Source: Candidatus Woesearchaeota archaeon
Lineage (GTDB): Archaea; Nanobdellota; Nanobdellia; Woesearchaeales; WJKL01
NCBI GenBank assembly: GCA_019322535.1
Contig: JAHWIM010000062.1
Coordinates: forward strand, 1 to 57,210
DNA: 57,210 nucleotides
Direction: 5' to 3'
Below, in pieces: positions 47,106 through 55,927 of this stretch. How positions within the stretch are numbered: position 1 is the stretch's first letter; every line of letters starts with the position of its first letter. The position numbers and the translations under genes were made by a program. The notes below the pieces were generated by a model. The model did not search any database. It was not told the DNA's origin and was given only the letters and a program-made list of their open reading frames with translations.

Positions 47106-47127
47106 TTAAAGTTTTTATGAAGCAGTA

Positions 47128-48255
47128 ATGGTAGACCAAAGACTAATTGATTATGTAAAAAAAGAGCTTGCTGCTGGATACAAGGCAGAAGCTATAAGAA
47201 CTTATTTGATAAATTACGGCTATAATGCTGCAGATGTTGATGCAGCAATAAGAGCTACTGCAGCAAAACCAGCTGTTGTTCCTGCTGCTGGTGCAAGAAA
47301 GATTCCAATATTACCTATAGTTGGAGGAATTCTTGGTGTTTTATTTATTGTTATGATTGTTATGATTTTTTTTACTGGAAAAAAAGAAGTAGAAGTTGTA
47401 AGTGTTGTTACTGATAAAATTGATTTAAAAGTTTCTATGCTAAGCAGCAACATAAGACAAGCAGAAAGTGTACAATTTAATATTATATTAAACAGTTTAG
47501 ATGGACAAGACCATGATGTTGGCTTGGTGTATGAGGTTGTGGATAGCGTAGGTTCTCCAATAAGCCAAAGAGAAGATTTTATTGCTGTAACAAATAGAAT
47601 ATATGAACAAAAAACAATTGACCTTCCTTCTAATATTGAACCTGGAAGCTATAGTATAGTTGCAACAGGGAGATTTGATAGTGAAGAAGTTAAAAGCAGT
47701 GTAAGGTTTGCTGTTTTATCAGCTGGAGCAGAAGCAAGAGAGGTTGTTGAGTTTGCTGAAGTAGAATGTCCTGTTTGTGAAGATAATGATCCTTGCACAG
47801 ATGAACAATGCTCATCTGCAACTAATTATGAATGCGTTCATTTTCCAATAAGCCCTTGCTGCGGAAATTTAAAATGTGAAAGTTATGAAGCTTATGAAAA
47901 CTGTCCAACAGATTGTTCTCCTTCATTGCCTGCTGGAGCTGCAATAGTACTTACTTTAACTGAAATAACACAAACTGCTAGAAATTATGCTACTACAGAT
48001 TTAAGCGGCGCAGACAGTTACTGCAAAGGTCTGCCAGATGTAAATCAGAGAGACAGTTGCTTTTATACAGTATCACAAACTGCAAAACAAAGCAGATTCT
48101 GCGACCCTATTTTTTCAGAACTTAAAAGAGATAATTGTTACAGCGATTATGCATTGGCAGGAGATTTTAGTATTTGTGACAAGCTTACAAATGTTTATAT
48201 GAAAGAGAGCTGCTATGAATTAGAAGATGCAAGCAAGAATCCTGGTTTAAGATAA
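47128..48255 (+). CDS. Single-pass membrane protein with a small cytoplasmic helical N-domain, an ecto Ig-like domain and a Cys-rich C-terminal region
   Basis: 375 aa: LIDYVKKELAAGYKAEAIRTYLINYGYNAADVDAAI, A/P linker, TM (ILPIVGGILGVLFIVMIVMIFF), a beta-rich segment, then CPVCEDNDPCTDEQC...CCGNLKCE...CPTDC and further Cys. Confidence 0.8.
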   Translation: MVDQRLIDYVKKELAAGYKAEAIRTYLINYGYNAADVDAAIRATAAKPAVVPAAGARKIPILPIVGGILGVLFIVMIVMIFFTGKKEVEVVSVVTDKIDLKVSMLSSNIRQAESVQFNIILNSLDGQDHDVGLVYEVVDSVGSPISQREDFIAVTNRIYEQKTIDLPSNIEPGSYSIVATGRFDSEEVKSSVRFAVLSAGAEAREVVEFAEVECPVCEDNDPCTDEQCSSATNYECVHFPISPCCGNLKCESYEAYENCPTDCSPSLPAGAAIVLTLTEITQTARNYATTDLSGADSYCKGLPDVNQRDSCFYTVSQTAKQSRFCDPIFSELKRDNCYSDYALAGDFSICDKLTNVYMKESCYELEDASKNPGLR

Positions 48256-48322
48256 AATTTATAAAGATTCTCATTTATTTTACAATATTACCTATTGGGG
48301 GTTTTTAAGAAAATTAATTAAA

Positions 48323-49009
48323 ATGAAAGCAGTGATATTAGCAGCAGGTATGGGGACAAGGCTTTTTAGTTTAATGCCTAAACCATTGATATCCTTAAAA
48401 AATGAAAAAACTATTTTAGGTTTTCAGGTTGAAAGGCTTTCTGAAATAATTGGACTCCATAATATCATCATAGTTGTGGGTTATAAACACCATATTATTA
48501 TGGAGAAATTTCCAAAACTGACTTATATTTATAATCATGAATATACTCAGACAAATACCTCTAAAAGTTTATTATATGCTTTGAACAAAATTCAAGACGA
48601 AGATGTGTTATGGATTAATGGAGATGTATATTTTGATAAAGAAATTCTTAAATTATTATTAAATTGTGAGGATTCATGTTGTTTAGTTGACAACAAAAAA
48701 TGTGGAGAAGAAGAAATAAAATATAATTTAAATGAAGATGGTTATATCAAAGAATTGTCTAAAAAAGTTAAGGAAGTTAAAGGAGAAGCTTTAGGAATTA
48801 ACATAATTAGAAAAAAAGAATTAGAATTATTCAAAAAAGAATTAGAAAAAGTTGAGAAAAAAGATTATTTTGAAAAAGCACTTGAGAATCTGGCCCTAAC
48901 TAACAAGTTAAAATTAAAACCAGTTAATGTTGACAGTTTATTCTGTCAGGAAATAGATTTCCCAGAAGATTTGAAAAAAGTTAAAGAATACATCAGTAAA
49001 AATGAATAA
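48323..49009 (+). CDS. Nucleotidyltransferase (LicC-like phospho-alcohol/sugar-phosphate cytidylyl/nucleotidylyl transferase)
   Basis: MKAVILAAGMGTRL N-terminal signature. 228 aa. Confidence 0.75.
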   Translation: MKAVILAAGMGTRLFSLMPKPLISLKNEKTILGFQVERLSEIIGLHNIIIVVGYKHHIIMEKFPKLTYIYNHEYTQTNTSKSLLYALNKIQDEDVLWINGDVYFDKEILKLLLNCEDSCCLVDNKKCGEEEIKYNLNEDGYIKELSKKVKEVKGEALGINIIRKKELELFKKELEKVEKKDYFEKALENLALTNKLKLKPVNVDSLFCQEIDFPEDLKKVKEYISKNE

Positions 49010-49982
49010 TAATCTATTGTTCTCTGTTATAATGCCTAATTATAACAATGCTGAATATATTAAAGAAGCAATTGAAAGTGTTTTAGGTCAGAGCTATAAA
49101 AACTGGGAGTTAATTATTGTAGACGATGCTTCTACAGACAGTTCTTTAAAAGTTATCAAATCTTTTCTTAAAAATAAAAAAATTAAACTTATTAGAAACA
49201 AAAAAAATAAAGGAGTAGCTTATTCTGCAAAAAAGGCTGTTGAAAATTCTTCTGGAGAAATAATTGGAACCTTGGATTCAGATGATGTTTTGCATGAGGA
49301 CGCATTAAGAATAATGGTAAAAGCCCATTTGGATAATCCAAAATATGGTTTGATTTATTCCAGTTTTTATGACTATGATGAAAGATTAAAAAAAATAATT
49401 AAGATTAGAAAAGGAATCCAAAATATCTCAAAAGAAGTAACAGTTGCAGATTTGTTTTTTGATAAAGATGTTGATAATGTTCCTTCAATACATTTTAGAA
49501 CTTTTAAAAAATCTGCTTATGATAAAACAGAAGGTTATGATGAAACATTGAGAGCATGCGAAGATTGGGACATTTACTCAAAATTAGAGAAAGTTACAAA
49601 TATTAAAGGCATTAAAAGATATATTTATTACAGAAGAATGCATGGAAAAATCGGAGCGTACCAAAATAATTTTAAATGGGGATACTATAGACTACTTTAT
49701 TTTTATAAAGAACTCAATAGGAGAACAGGGCAAACACTTCCTTGTTCAAATACTAAAAAGTTTTCTCCATTTTTGATGAACATTAGGTATTTTTATTTTA
49801 AAAAATACTCAAATATATCAAAAGAGGAATTCAAAAACTTTTTTTTAAGCCTAGCTTATTATAACAGGAAAAAAAATATATTAAAAGCTTTTTTTTATGG
49901 TTTGAATTCAATTTTATACGGATATAATCCTTTAAAATCAAAAACTATTAAAAAATTATTTTCAAGAATATTGCAAAAATGA
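49002..49982 (+). CDS. Family 2 glycosyltransferase
   Basis: FSVIMPNYNNAEYIKEAIESVLGQSY.NWELIIVDDASTDSS and a DSDD motif. Confidence 0.85.
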   Translation: MNNNLLFSVIMPNYNNAEYIKEAIESVLGQSYKNWELIIVDDASTDSSLKVIKSFLKNKKIKLIRNKKNKGVAYSAKKAVENSSGEIIGTLDSDDVLHEDALRIMVKAHLDNPKYGLIYSSFYDYDERLKKIIKIRKGIQNISKEVTVADLFFDKDVDNVPSIHFRTFKKSAYDKTEGYDETLRACEDWDIYSKLEKVTNIKGIKRYIYYRRMHGKIGAYQNNFKWGYYRLLYFYKELNRRTGQTLPCSNTKKFSPFLMNIRYFYFKKYSNISKEEFKNFFLSLAYYNRKKNILKAFFYGLNSILYGYNPLKSKTIKKLFSRILQK

Positions 49983-50707
49983 AAAAAAGAAAATCATTAA
50001 TAAAAATTTTATTTTTTGAAAAAAGATTACCCTGGAGATTTCAATGGGTAAAATATATTCCATTAATTAATCCGATGTATTATCTTAAAATTTTTTTGAG
50101 TCTTAATTATAAAGAAATGTTTAGAAAAGGACATGGATCAGATGTAAACAATAAAATAGTTGAAGGATGGATTCTACAAATTTATGGGAAAAAATTTTTA
50201 AGGAACATTCTTAAGGTCTGTAATAAAATAAATATGAATCCCTTTTTAGTATTTGGAACATTATTGGGCCATTATAGGGAAAAAGGGTTCATTAAACATG
50301 ATATAGATCTAGATTTGGGCTTGCTTGAAAATGATTTTTCTAAGATTGAATTACTAAAAAAAGAGCTAAGAAAGAGAAGATTTGATAATTCTTTTAATGA
50401 AAAAGGTATGATTCAATTTACTCATCCAAAGTTTTCAAGTTTGCATGTAGATTTTTGGTTATTTTATAAGAAAAAGGATAAAATGACATATTATAAAGAA
50501 TATTCCTATAAAGGAAAATATGCAGTTTATTCATTTGCTTTTCCTTCTAAAATATTTGAAAAATTTAAAAAAGTAAAATTTTTAGATAAAGTTGAAGTTT
50601 TGATTCCTTCTAAAACAGAAGAGTTTTTAACAATAAGTTATGGTGATTGGAAAACACCAAAAAAAGAATTTGATAATATATCTGGTCATCCAAATGTTGT
50701 AAAATAA
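49979..50707 (+). CDS. LicD-family phosphotransferase
   Basis: FGTLLGHYREKGFIKHDIDLDLGL resembles the LicD LLGxxRxxGFIPWDDDxD core. Confidence 0.7.
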   Translation: MKKRKSLIKILFFEKRLPWRFQWVKYIPLINPMYYLKIFLSLNYKEMFRKGHGSDVNNKIVEGWILQIYGKKFLRNILKVCNKINMNPFLVFGTLLGHYREKGFIKHDIDLDLGLLENDFSKIELLKKELRKRRFDNSFNEKGMIQFTHPKFSSLHVDFWLFYKKKDKMTYYKEYSYKGKYAVYSFAFPSKIFEKFKKVKFLDKVEVLIPSKTEEFLTISYGDWKTPKKEFDNISGHPNVVK

Positions 50708-50713
50708 AGAATT

Positions 50714-52198
50714 TTAATCTATTTTCCTAATTAAAATCTCTGGTTTTCCAATTTTATGATTCTTTAAATCAAAGTTTAAATCCTTCCAACTTAAATTCTT
50801 AACATTCAATTGCTTTTGTAACTTTTCAGAAAACTCTGGCATTATTGGCTGCATTAAAATAGATACATTTTTAGCAATATTTACACAAGTTCCTAAAACG
50901 TTCTGTGAATTTTCAACATTTTTCCAAGGTTCTTTTTCTTGGAAGTATTTATTTCCAAGAGCAGAAACAGCCATTATCTCTTCAACTGCTTTTTTGAAAT
51001 CATAAGAGCCATATGCTTTTTTGATTTCATCAAACTTTGCTGTTATTTCTTTTACAATATTGTCTTGATCAATCTCTTTTATTTCAGAATTATAATTTTT
51101 TGCTGTGAATGATAAAGTCCTATAGCAAAAATTAGAAAGGTTGCCAACAAGCTCTGTATTTATTCTTTCAACAACAAGCTTTTCTGAATATTCACCATCT
51201 CCATCAATGGGCATTGCCCCTAGTATATAGAATCTAAACTGATCAACACCGTGTTTTTTTATTTGTTCAAAAGGTTCAATTACGTTTCCAGTTGATTTGC
51301 CCATCTTTGCTCCTTCTGAAAGAACAAAGCCATGAACAAACAATTCTTTAGGCAAAGAAACTTTTGCAGAAATTAACATTGCAGGCCAAAAAGCTGCATG
51401 GAACCTAAGAATATCTTTTCCAATAATATGAATATCTGCAGGCCAATACTGTTTAAACTGTTTTTCATCTCTGCCATAACCTACGCCTGTTATATAATTT
51501 GATAATGCATCACACCAAACATACATAACTTGGTTTTCGTCTCCTGGAACAGAAATTCCCCAAGGCAAACTTGTTTTTGGTCTTGAAAAACTTATATCTT
51601 TTGCAGTCTTTAACCAAGAAAGAATCTCATTTTTTCTTATCTCTGGAATCACCTTGTATTCATCTGATTTGATTTTTTCTATAACTTCATCTTTATATTT
51701 TGAAAGTTTGAAAAAATAATTTTCTTCTTCAACAACTTCAATATCTCTTGTTGGATGATTAGGACATTTTCCATCTACTAATTCTCTTTCTGTTTTGAAT
51801 GCTTCACATCCAGCGCAGTATAATCCTTTGTATTTTTTCTTGTAGATATCTCCTGCTTTATCCAGCTCTTGCCATAATTTTATTGCGCCAGTATGATGCT
51901 TTTCTTTATCAGTTGTTCTGATAAATTGATCATAAGAAATATTTAGTAATTTGTAAAGCTCTTTGAAAACACCAACATTCTCATCTAGAAATTGCATTAC
52001 CTCTTTTCCTTCTTTTTTTGCAGTCTGCCAATTCTTTGTTCCATGTTCATCTGTTCCTGTTTGAAAAAAAACATCTTTTCCTAAAAGCTTGTGAAATCTA
52101 GCTAAAACATCTGCTTGCACTATTTCCAAAGCATGACCCATATGTGGTTTTCCATTTGGGTATGCAATTGCTGTTGTTATGTAAAATTTCTTTGCCAT
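50714..52198 (-). CDS. metG: Methionyl-tRNA synthetase (short form, no appended C-terminal domain)
   Basis: AYPNGKPHMGHALE (HIGH), a CAGCE...CPNH zinc knuckle, KMGKSTGN (KMSKS). Confidence 0.93.
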   Translation of the reverse strand: MAKKFYITTAIAYPNGKPHMGHALEIVQADVLARFHKLLGKDVFFQTGTDEHGTKNWQTAKKEGKEVMQFLDENVGVFKELYKLLNISYDQFIRTTDKEKHHTGAIKLWQELDKAGDIYKKKYKGLYCAGCEAFKTERELVDGKCPNHPTRDIEVVEEENYFFKLSKYKDEVIEKIKSDEYKVIPEIRKNEILSWLKTAKDISFSRPKTSLPWGISVPGDENQVMYVWCDALSNYITGVGYGRDEKQFKQYWPADIHIIGKDILRFHAAFWPAMLISAKVSLPKELFVHGFVLSEGAKMGKSTGNVIEPFEQIKKHGVDQFRFYILGAMPIDGDGEYSEKLVVERINTELVGNLSNFCYRTLSFTAKNYNSEIKEIDQDNIVKEITAKFDEIKKAYGSYDFKKAVEEIMAVSALGNKYFQEKEPWKNVENSQNVLGTCVNIAKNVSILMQPIMPEFSEKLQKQLNVKNLSWKDLNFDLKNHKIGKPEILIRKID

Positions 52199-52221
52199 AG
52201 AAGAAAAAGAGAAAATAAGAA

Positions 52222-52229
52222 TATATAAA
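52222..52229 (-). promoter_or_regulatory. TATA box (TTTATATA on the minus strand) for metG
   Basis: 24 nt from 52222 to the ATG at 52198. Confidence 0.45.
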
Positions 52230-52237
52230 GGTTGTTG

Positions 52238-52642
52238 TTATTTTTTTGGTGCTTTCATCTTTTTTGTAATTCCTATTTTTTCACTGCATTTTCCGCAGAC
52301 AAAAACATAAGCATCTACGCCTTTGTATTTTTTTCTTTTGTATTCTGTTGTAGCTTCTCCTTCGTTTCCACAGAAAGGACATTTATATTGAATTTCAACT
52401 TTCATGGTAGGATCAAACTCTTCTTTGCTTACTTCATAATCGCATTCTTTACATGTGTAAATATCAGCCCTTGATTTTACTTTTCCTGTCTTAGGGTCAA
52501 CAGGCTTTCCCATAATTCCTTTTCCGCATTTTGGACATTTTGGTCTTTTAACCCAAGCAATGCAGCTTCCTTTTCCATCGTCTAACGTTCTGTTTGTAAA
52601 ATAAAAACATTCATCCATTGATTCTGGCATTTTTAATGACAT
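52238..52642 (-). CDS. Multi zinc-ribbon protein, function unknown
   Basis: Four CxxC pairs (CPKC, CKEC, CPFC, CGKC). Start set at the ATG at 52642 because a GAGGTG SD lies 8 nt upstream. The longer track ORF overlaps the upstream gene. Confidence 0.55.
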   Translation of the reverse strand: MSLKMPESMDECFYFTNRTLDDGKGSCIAWVKRPKCPKCGKGIMGKPVDPKTGKVKSRADIYTCKECDYEVSKEEFDPTMKVEIQYKCPFCGNEGEATTEYKRKKYKGVDAYVFVCGKCSEKIGITKKMKAPKK

Positions 52643-52701
52643 TGTTGATGCACCTCTAATTAAAGGATTAATGTTTTTGTTTAAAAAGTTTATGCTAAGA
52701 T

Positions 52702-53481
52702 TTATTTCTTGAAAGGGCAAGCATCATATAATTTATCTAAATCTATTTCAATTTCATAATCATAAAATCTTTTGTAGATATCAGAAAGTTTAGTTCTTTT
52801 TTCAATCAACAAGGGCTTTTTATCTTTACGGCCGACAGATAAAAAATAATCTAAGTATTTGAAATAAGGTTGAGTTTTCCTTTCAAAAAAAACCCAAGTT
52901 GAAGGAATTTTATAAGCATCTGATATTATAAGGCCATGTAATGAACTTGATGCAATTAATTCACACTTACATATTTGATTAATAATCTTTTTTATTCTTT
53001 TTTGTACATCAATTATTAAAACATCTTCTTTATCTTTAAAATTTTCAAGAAGATTAGAATTTTTTTCAGACCAATGAGCCACAATACCTAACTTATATTT
53101 CTTTTTCAATTTAGGTTTATAATAATTAGGATAAAGCAAGGCAGGATCCCCATATATTTCAGGACAATTAATACCACTATTCAATAATATCTTTCTTGTA
53201 AGCGGCCCACGAACAGCACATACTTTTTTTGGTTTTAAAAAAGGATTCCATTTATTATGTATAAAACCAGTGCCCCATATATTTACCTTTTTTTCAAAGT
53301 TAGAATAATCCTGTTGAAGAATACTGCCTATAACTAAATTAATTTCTTTAATCTTATTAGAATCTATTGTATCTTTTATAGGATATAAATTTATAGGGGT
53401 TGTTCCTGAAATTTTCTTAATTAATAAAGGGTTTAATAGATCCCCAAAATTCTTTGCACCTGTCCACCAGTAAGCATACAT
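52702..53481 (-). CDS. Polysaccharide pyruvyl transferase family protein
   Basis: N-terminal WWTGAKNFGDLLNPLLI (NFGD motif) and a length typical of the family. Confidence 0.65.
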   Translation of the reverse strand: MYAYWWTGAKNFGDLLNPLLIKKISGTTPINLYPIKDTIDSNKIKEINLVIGSILQQDYSNFEKKVNIWGTGFIHNKWNPFLKPKKVCAVRGPLTRKILLNSGINCPEIYGDPALLYPNYYKPKLKKKYKLGIVAHWSEKNSNLLENFKDKEDVLIIDVQKRIKKIINQICKCELIASSSLHGLIISDAYKIPSTWVFFERKTQPYFKYLDYFLSVGRKDKKPLLIEKRTKLSDIYKRFYDYEIEIDLDKLYDACPFKK

Positions 53482-53519
53482 AATGATAATAAAAAAATTA
53501 CAATTTATAAATTTTATTC

Positions 53520-54314
53520 TTAAAGTCTTTTCACCTCTATTGAAATAGCGTTTTCATTTACCCTTATGTATCTTGGGCATTCTGTATATTCTAATTTGTT
53601 GTCTTTGCAATAACTAATAACTCTTTGTTTTGCTTCATCGTCATCAAATTTGACAATGACATTTATTCCTTGCTTATCTTTATGAATTATTTTAAAGCTT
53701 TCAAGTTCTTCAATGATTTGTTTTCTTATTTCTTGGAATTTTTTTAATCTTTCTGGAAGTTCTTCTAATAATTTGATTAATTCTTCATATTTCTTTTCTT
53801 CAAAATAAGAAGCATCAAAATTAGTATAAAATTCGTTATTATTTGTTGCAATAAAGCCTCCGTATTCTAGATTTATTGGTTTCCATTTTCCAAAAGAAGC
53901 GAGGATTAAATCTCCGTACTTTGCAAAATCTGTTCCAATTGAGCCAGAGATATCATTAATGAATAAACATCCTTTTTTTGTGCAGATTTCTTGGATTTTT
54001 TGCAAGTTTTCTTCTGCTGCAAAATAACCAGGCATTGATGTTGTTAATAAAACTGATTCTTGGCTTGCATTTTTTTCTAAGTCTTCTAAATCTAACAAAC
54101 CTTGTTTTGTTTTGATCTCTTTTATTTCAAGATTAAACTTTTTTGGATATTTTTTAAAAGTAAGCCAGCCTCCTTGGTCTGGAATTAATACAGTTGTTTT
54201 TTCTAATTGTTTTGCTAGATCTAAAGCTATTTGGATTGCTTTATTTCCTCTTTCAGCGAGCTGTATAAATTCTTTTCCAGTCAGCTCTTTTAGTTTAGAT
54301 AGTATTTGTTCCAT
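53520..54314 (-). CDS. PLP-dependent-transferase-fold protein (short DegT/aminotransferase-like), tentative
   Basis: The GNKAIQIAL...LIPDQGGW...LFINDISGSIG...ASFGKWKPINLEYGGFIAT pattern resembles the DegT-type core, including a candidate PLP Lys. Confidence 0.4.
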   Translation of the reverse strand: MEQILSKLKELTGKEFIQLAERGNKAIQIALDLAKQLEKTTVLIPDQGGWLTFKKYPKKFNLEIKEIKTKQGLLDLEDLEKNASQESVLLTTSMPGYFAAEENLQKIQEICTKKGCLFINDISGSIGTDFAKYGDLILASFGKWKPINLEYGGFIATNNNEFYTNFDASYFEEKKYEELIKLLEELPERLKKFQEIRKQIIEELESFKIIHKDKQGINVIVKFDDDEAKQRVISYCKDNKLEYTECPRYIRVNENAISIEVKRL

Positions 54315-54336
54315 GGTTTTTAGTAAATTATAGAAT

Positions 54337-54344
54337 TATATAAA
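54337..54344 (-). promoter_or_regulatory. TATA box (TTTATATA on the minus strand) for 53520..54314
   Basis: 23 nt from 54337 to the ATG at 54314. Confidence 0.45.
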
Positions 54345-54382
54345 GTTAATGTTTAATTAAAATATTAAAATGTATTTAAAAC

Positions 54383-54421
54383 TTTTTGCGCGAAGGTTAT
54401 ACGTGCTCGCTACGCTCGCAA
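54383..54421. repeat. GC-rich intergenic repeat, copy 2 (tttttgcgcgaaggttatacgtgctcgctacgctcgcaa)
   Basis: 33/39 positions are identical to 35237..35275. It sits between two divergent TATA boxes (54337-44 and 54441-48). Confidence 0.8.
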
Positions 54422-54440
54422 ACAGACTGATGTGGAAAAT

Positions 54441-54448
54441 TATTTAAA
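54441..54448 (+). promoter_or_regulatory. TATA box (TATTTAAA) for the methyltransferase gene
   Basis: 23 nt from 54448 to the ATG at 54471. Confidence 0.45.
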
Positions 54449-54470
54449 AAAAATCGTTTATTTCTTAATT

Positions 54471-54956
54471 ATGGCAGATTATTATGATGAAATATCTGAA
54501 GGTTACGAGGAATTACATAAAGAAGAACAGCTGAAGAAAGTTAAGTTAATTGCTGAACATTTGAAAGTTAAGCCAGAAGATAAACTTTTAGATGTTGGCT
54601 GCGGAACTGGGTTAACAACAGAGCTATGGCAATGCAAAAGATATGGTATTGATCCTGCTCCTAAATTATTAGAAAGAGCAAGGCAGAAAGATAAAGTAGA
54701 ATATAAGTTAGCTCCTGCAGAAGATATTCCTTATCCTGATGATTTTTTTGATATTGTTATTAGTATTACTGCAATACAGAATTTTAAAGATATTGAAAAA
54801 GGATTAAATGAAATAAAAAGAGTTGGCAAAGATAGATTTGTTTTAACATTTTTGAAAAAGAGTTCTAAAAGAGAATTTATTGAAAAGAAAATAAAAGAAT
54901 TGTTTAAAATTGAAAAAGTGATTGAAGAAGAGAAAGATATTATTTTCTTTGCATAA
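54471..54956 (+). CDS. Class I SAM-dependent methyltransferase
   Basis: LLDVGCGTGL motif I. Start placed at the ATG at 54471 (MADYYDE) rather than the GTG at 54432. Confidence 0.8.
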   Translation: MADYYDEISEGYEELHKEEQLKKVKLIAEHLKVKPEDKLLDVGCGTGLTTELWQCKRYGIDPAPKLLERARQKDKVEYKLAPAEDIPYPDDFFDIVISITAIQNFKDIEKGLNEIKRVGKDRFVLTFLKKSSKREFIEKKIKELFKIEKVIEEEKDIIFFA

Positions 54957-54989
54957 AATATATAAAATTAAAAGATTTAAGAGAAAAAA

Positions 54990-55496
54990 ATGGCAGAAAT
55001 GCGAGATGTTGTAAATCCAAGACAGGTTATTCTAATAACTTCTAGAGCTCATATGGTTCCTAAATTCAGAGCAAAAGAAGAGGAAAAAGATAATGTTATG
55101 ACAGCTGCCTGGCATATGCCTGTTGCATTTGAGCCACCGCTTTATGCTATTTCAGTTGGTAAGAAAAGATATTCTCTTGATATAATAAGAAAAGGCAGGT
55201 CTTTTGTAGTCAATTTTATGCCTTATTCTATGAAAAAAGAAGTTTTGTTAGCTGGAAGAATTAGTGGAGAGCATATAGATAAATTTGCAAAAATTGGGCT
55301 TGAAAAAGAGGATGCAGAAACAATAGACAGCTGCAGATTAAAAGATGCTCTTGCGTGCTTAGAATGTGAGGTTGAACAGGAAATTGAAGCAGGAGACCAC
55401 ATTATTTTTATAGGAAGAGTTCTTAAAGTAATAAAAAAGAAAGGAGGAAAGCGGATTTATCAAATAGGTGGAGATAAATTCTCTACTATTACTTAA
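54990..55496 (+). CDS. Flavin reductase-like (FMN-binding split-barrel) protein
   Basis: VILITS...NVMTAAWHMPVAFEPPLYAISVGK...FVVNF...GDHIIFIGRV. Confidence 0.75.
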   Translation: MAEMRDVVNPRQVILITSRAHMVPKFRAKEEEKDNVMTAAWHMPVAFEPPLYAISVGKKRYSLDIIRKGRSFVVNFMPYSMKKEVLLAGRISGEHIDKFAKIGLEKEDAETIDSCRLKDALACLECEVEQEIEAGDHIIFIGRVLKVIKKKGGKRIYQIGGDKFSTIT

Positions 55497-55497
55497 A

Positions 55498-55923
55498 ATG
55501 GATGCAAAAGAAGCTGAAAAAGTAAACAAACTTGCAAAGACCTTGAAAGATAATCAATTAGTTGCATCTATGGACGAAGCTGTTAAGCGTGCTAAAGAGA
55601 TGCTGAAAGAAAGCAAAGAAAGTTTAGATGAAATGAAAGCAAGAGAAAGTGCACCTGACGCAGATGAACTGATTAAAGAAGAACCTGGTTTGATTGAAAA
55701 AACCAAGGATGTTTTTGAAAAAAGAGAAGAAATACCTCATGCTGTGCCAGCTAAAAAAGAAGTTGTAAAAGAAATTGAAGAAGAGGTCCAGGAAATAAGA
55801 GATGAGATCAAGAAAAGAAAAGAAGAAAAATTTATTGTGCCTGGAGAATTAAAAGAAAAGGTTGAAGAAGTTAAAGAAGAAGAAAAGATGCTGAAAAAAG
55901 AGGAGAAACAGGAAGAAGAATAG
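55498..55923 (+). CDS. K/E-rich coiled-coil protein (paralog of the next gene)
   Basis: Start at the ATG at 55498 (MDAKEAEKV). N-terminal motif LVASMDEAVKRAKEML followed by a charged low-complexity tail. Confidence 0.55.
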   Translation: MDAKEAEKVNKLAKTLKDNQLVASMDEAVKRAKEMLKESKESLDEMKARESAPDADELIKEEPGLIEKTKDVFEKREEIPHAVPAKKEVVKEIEEEVQEIRDEIKKRKEEKFIVPGELKEKVEEVKEEEKMLKKEEKQEEE

Positions 55924-55927
55924 TGAG

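Noticed and set aside
47011-47127. A locally GC-richer intergenic patch that might hide a tRNA or small structured RNA.
   Set aside because: Only short hairpins are present (7-bp and 6-bp stems). There is no cloverleaf-compatible set of stems, and no conserved tRNA T-loop GTTC motif or D-loop motifs.
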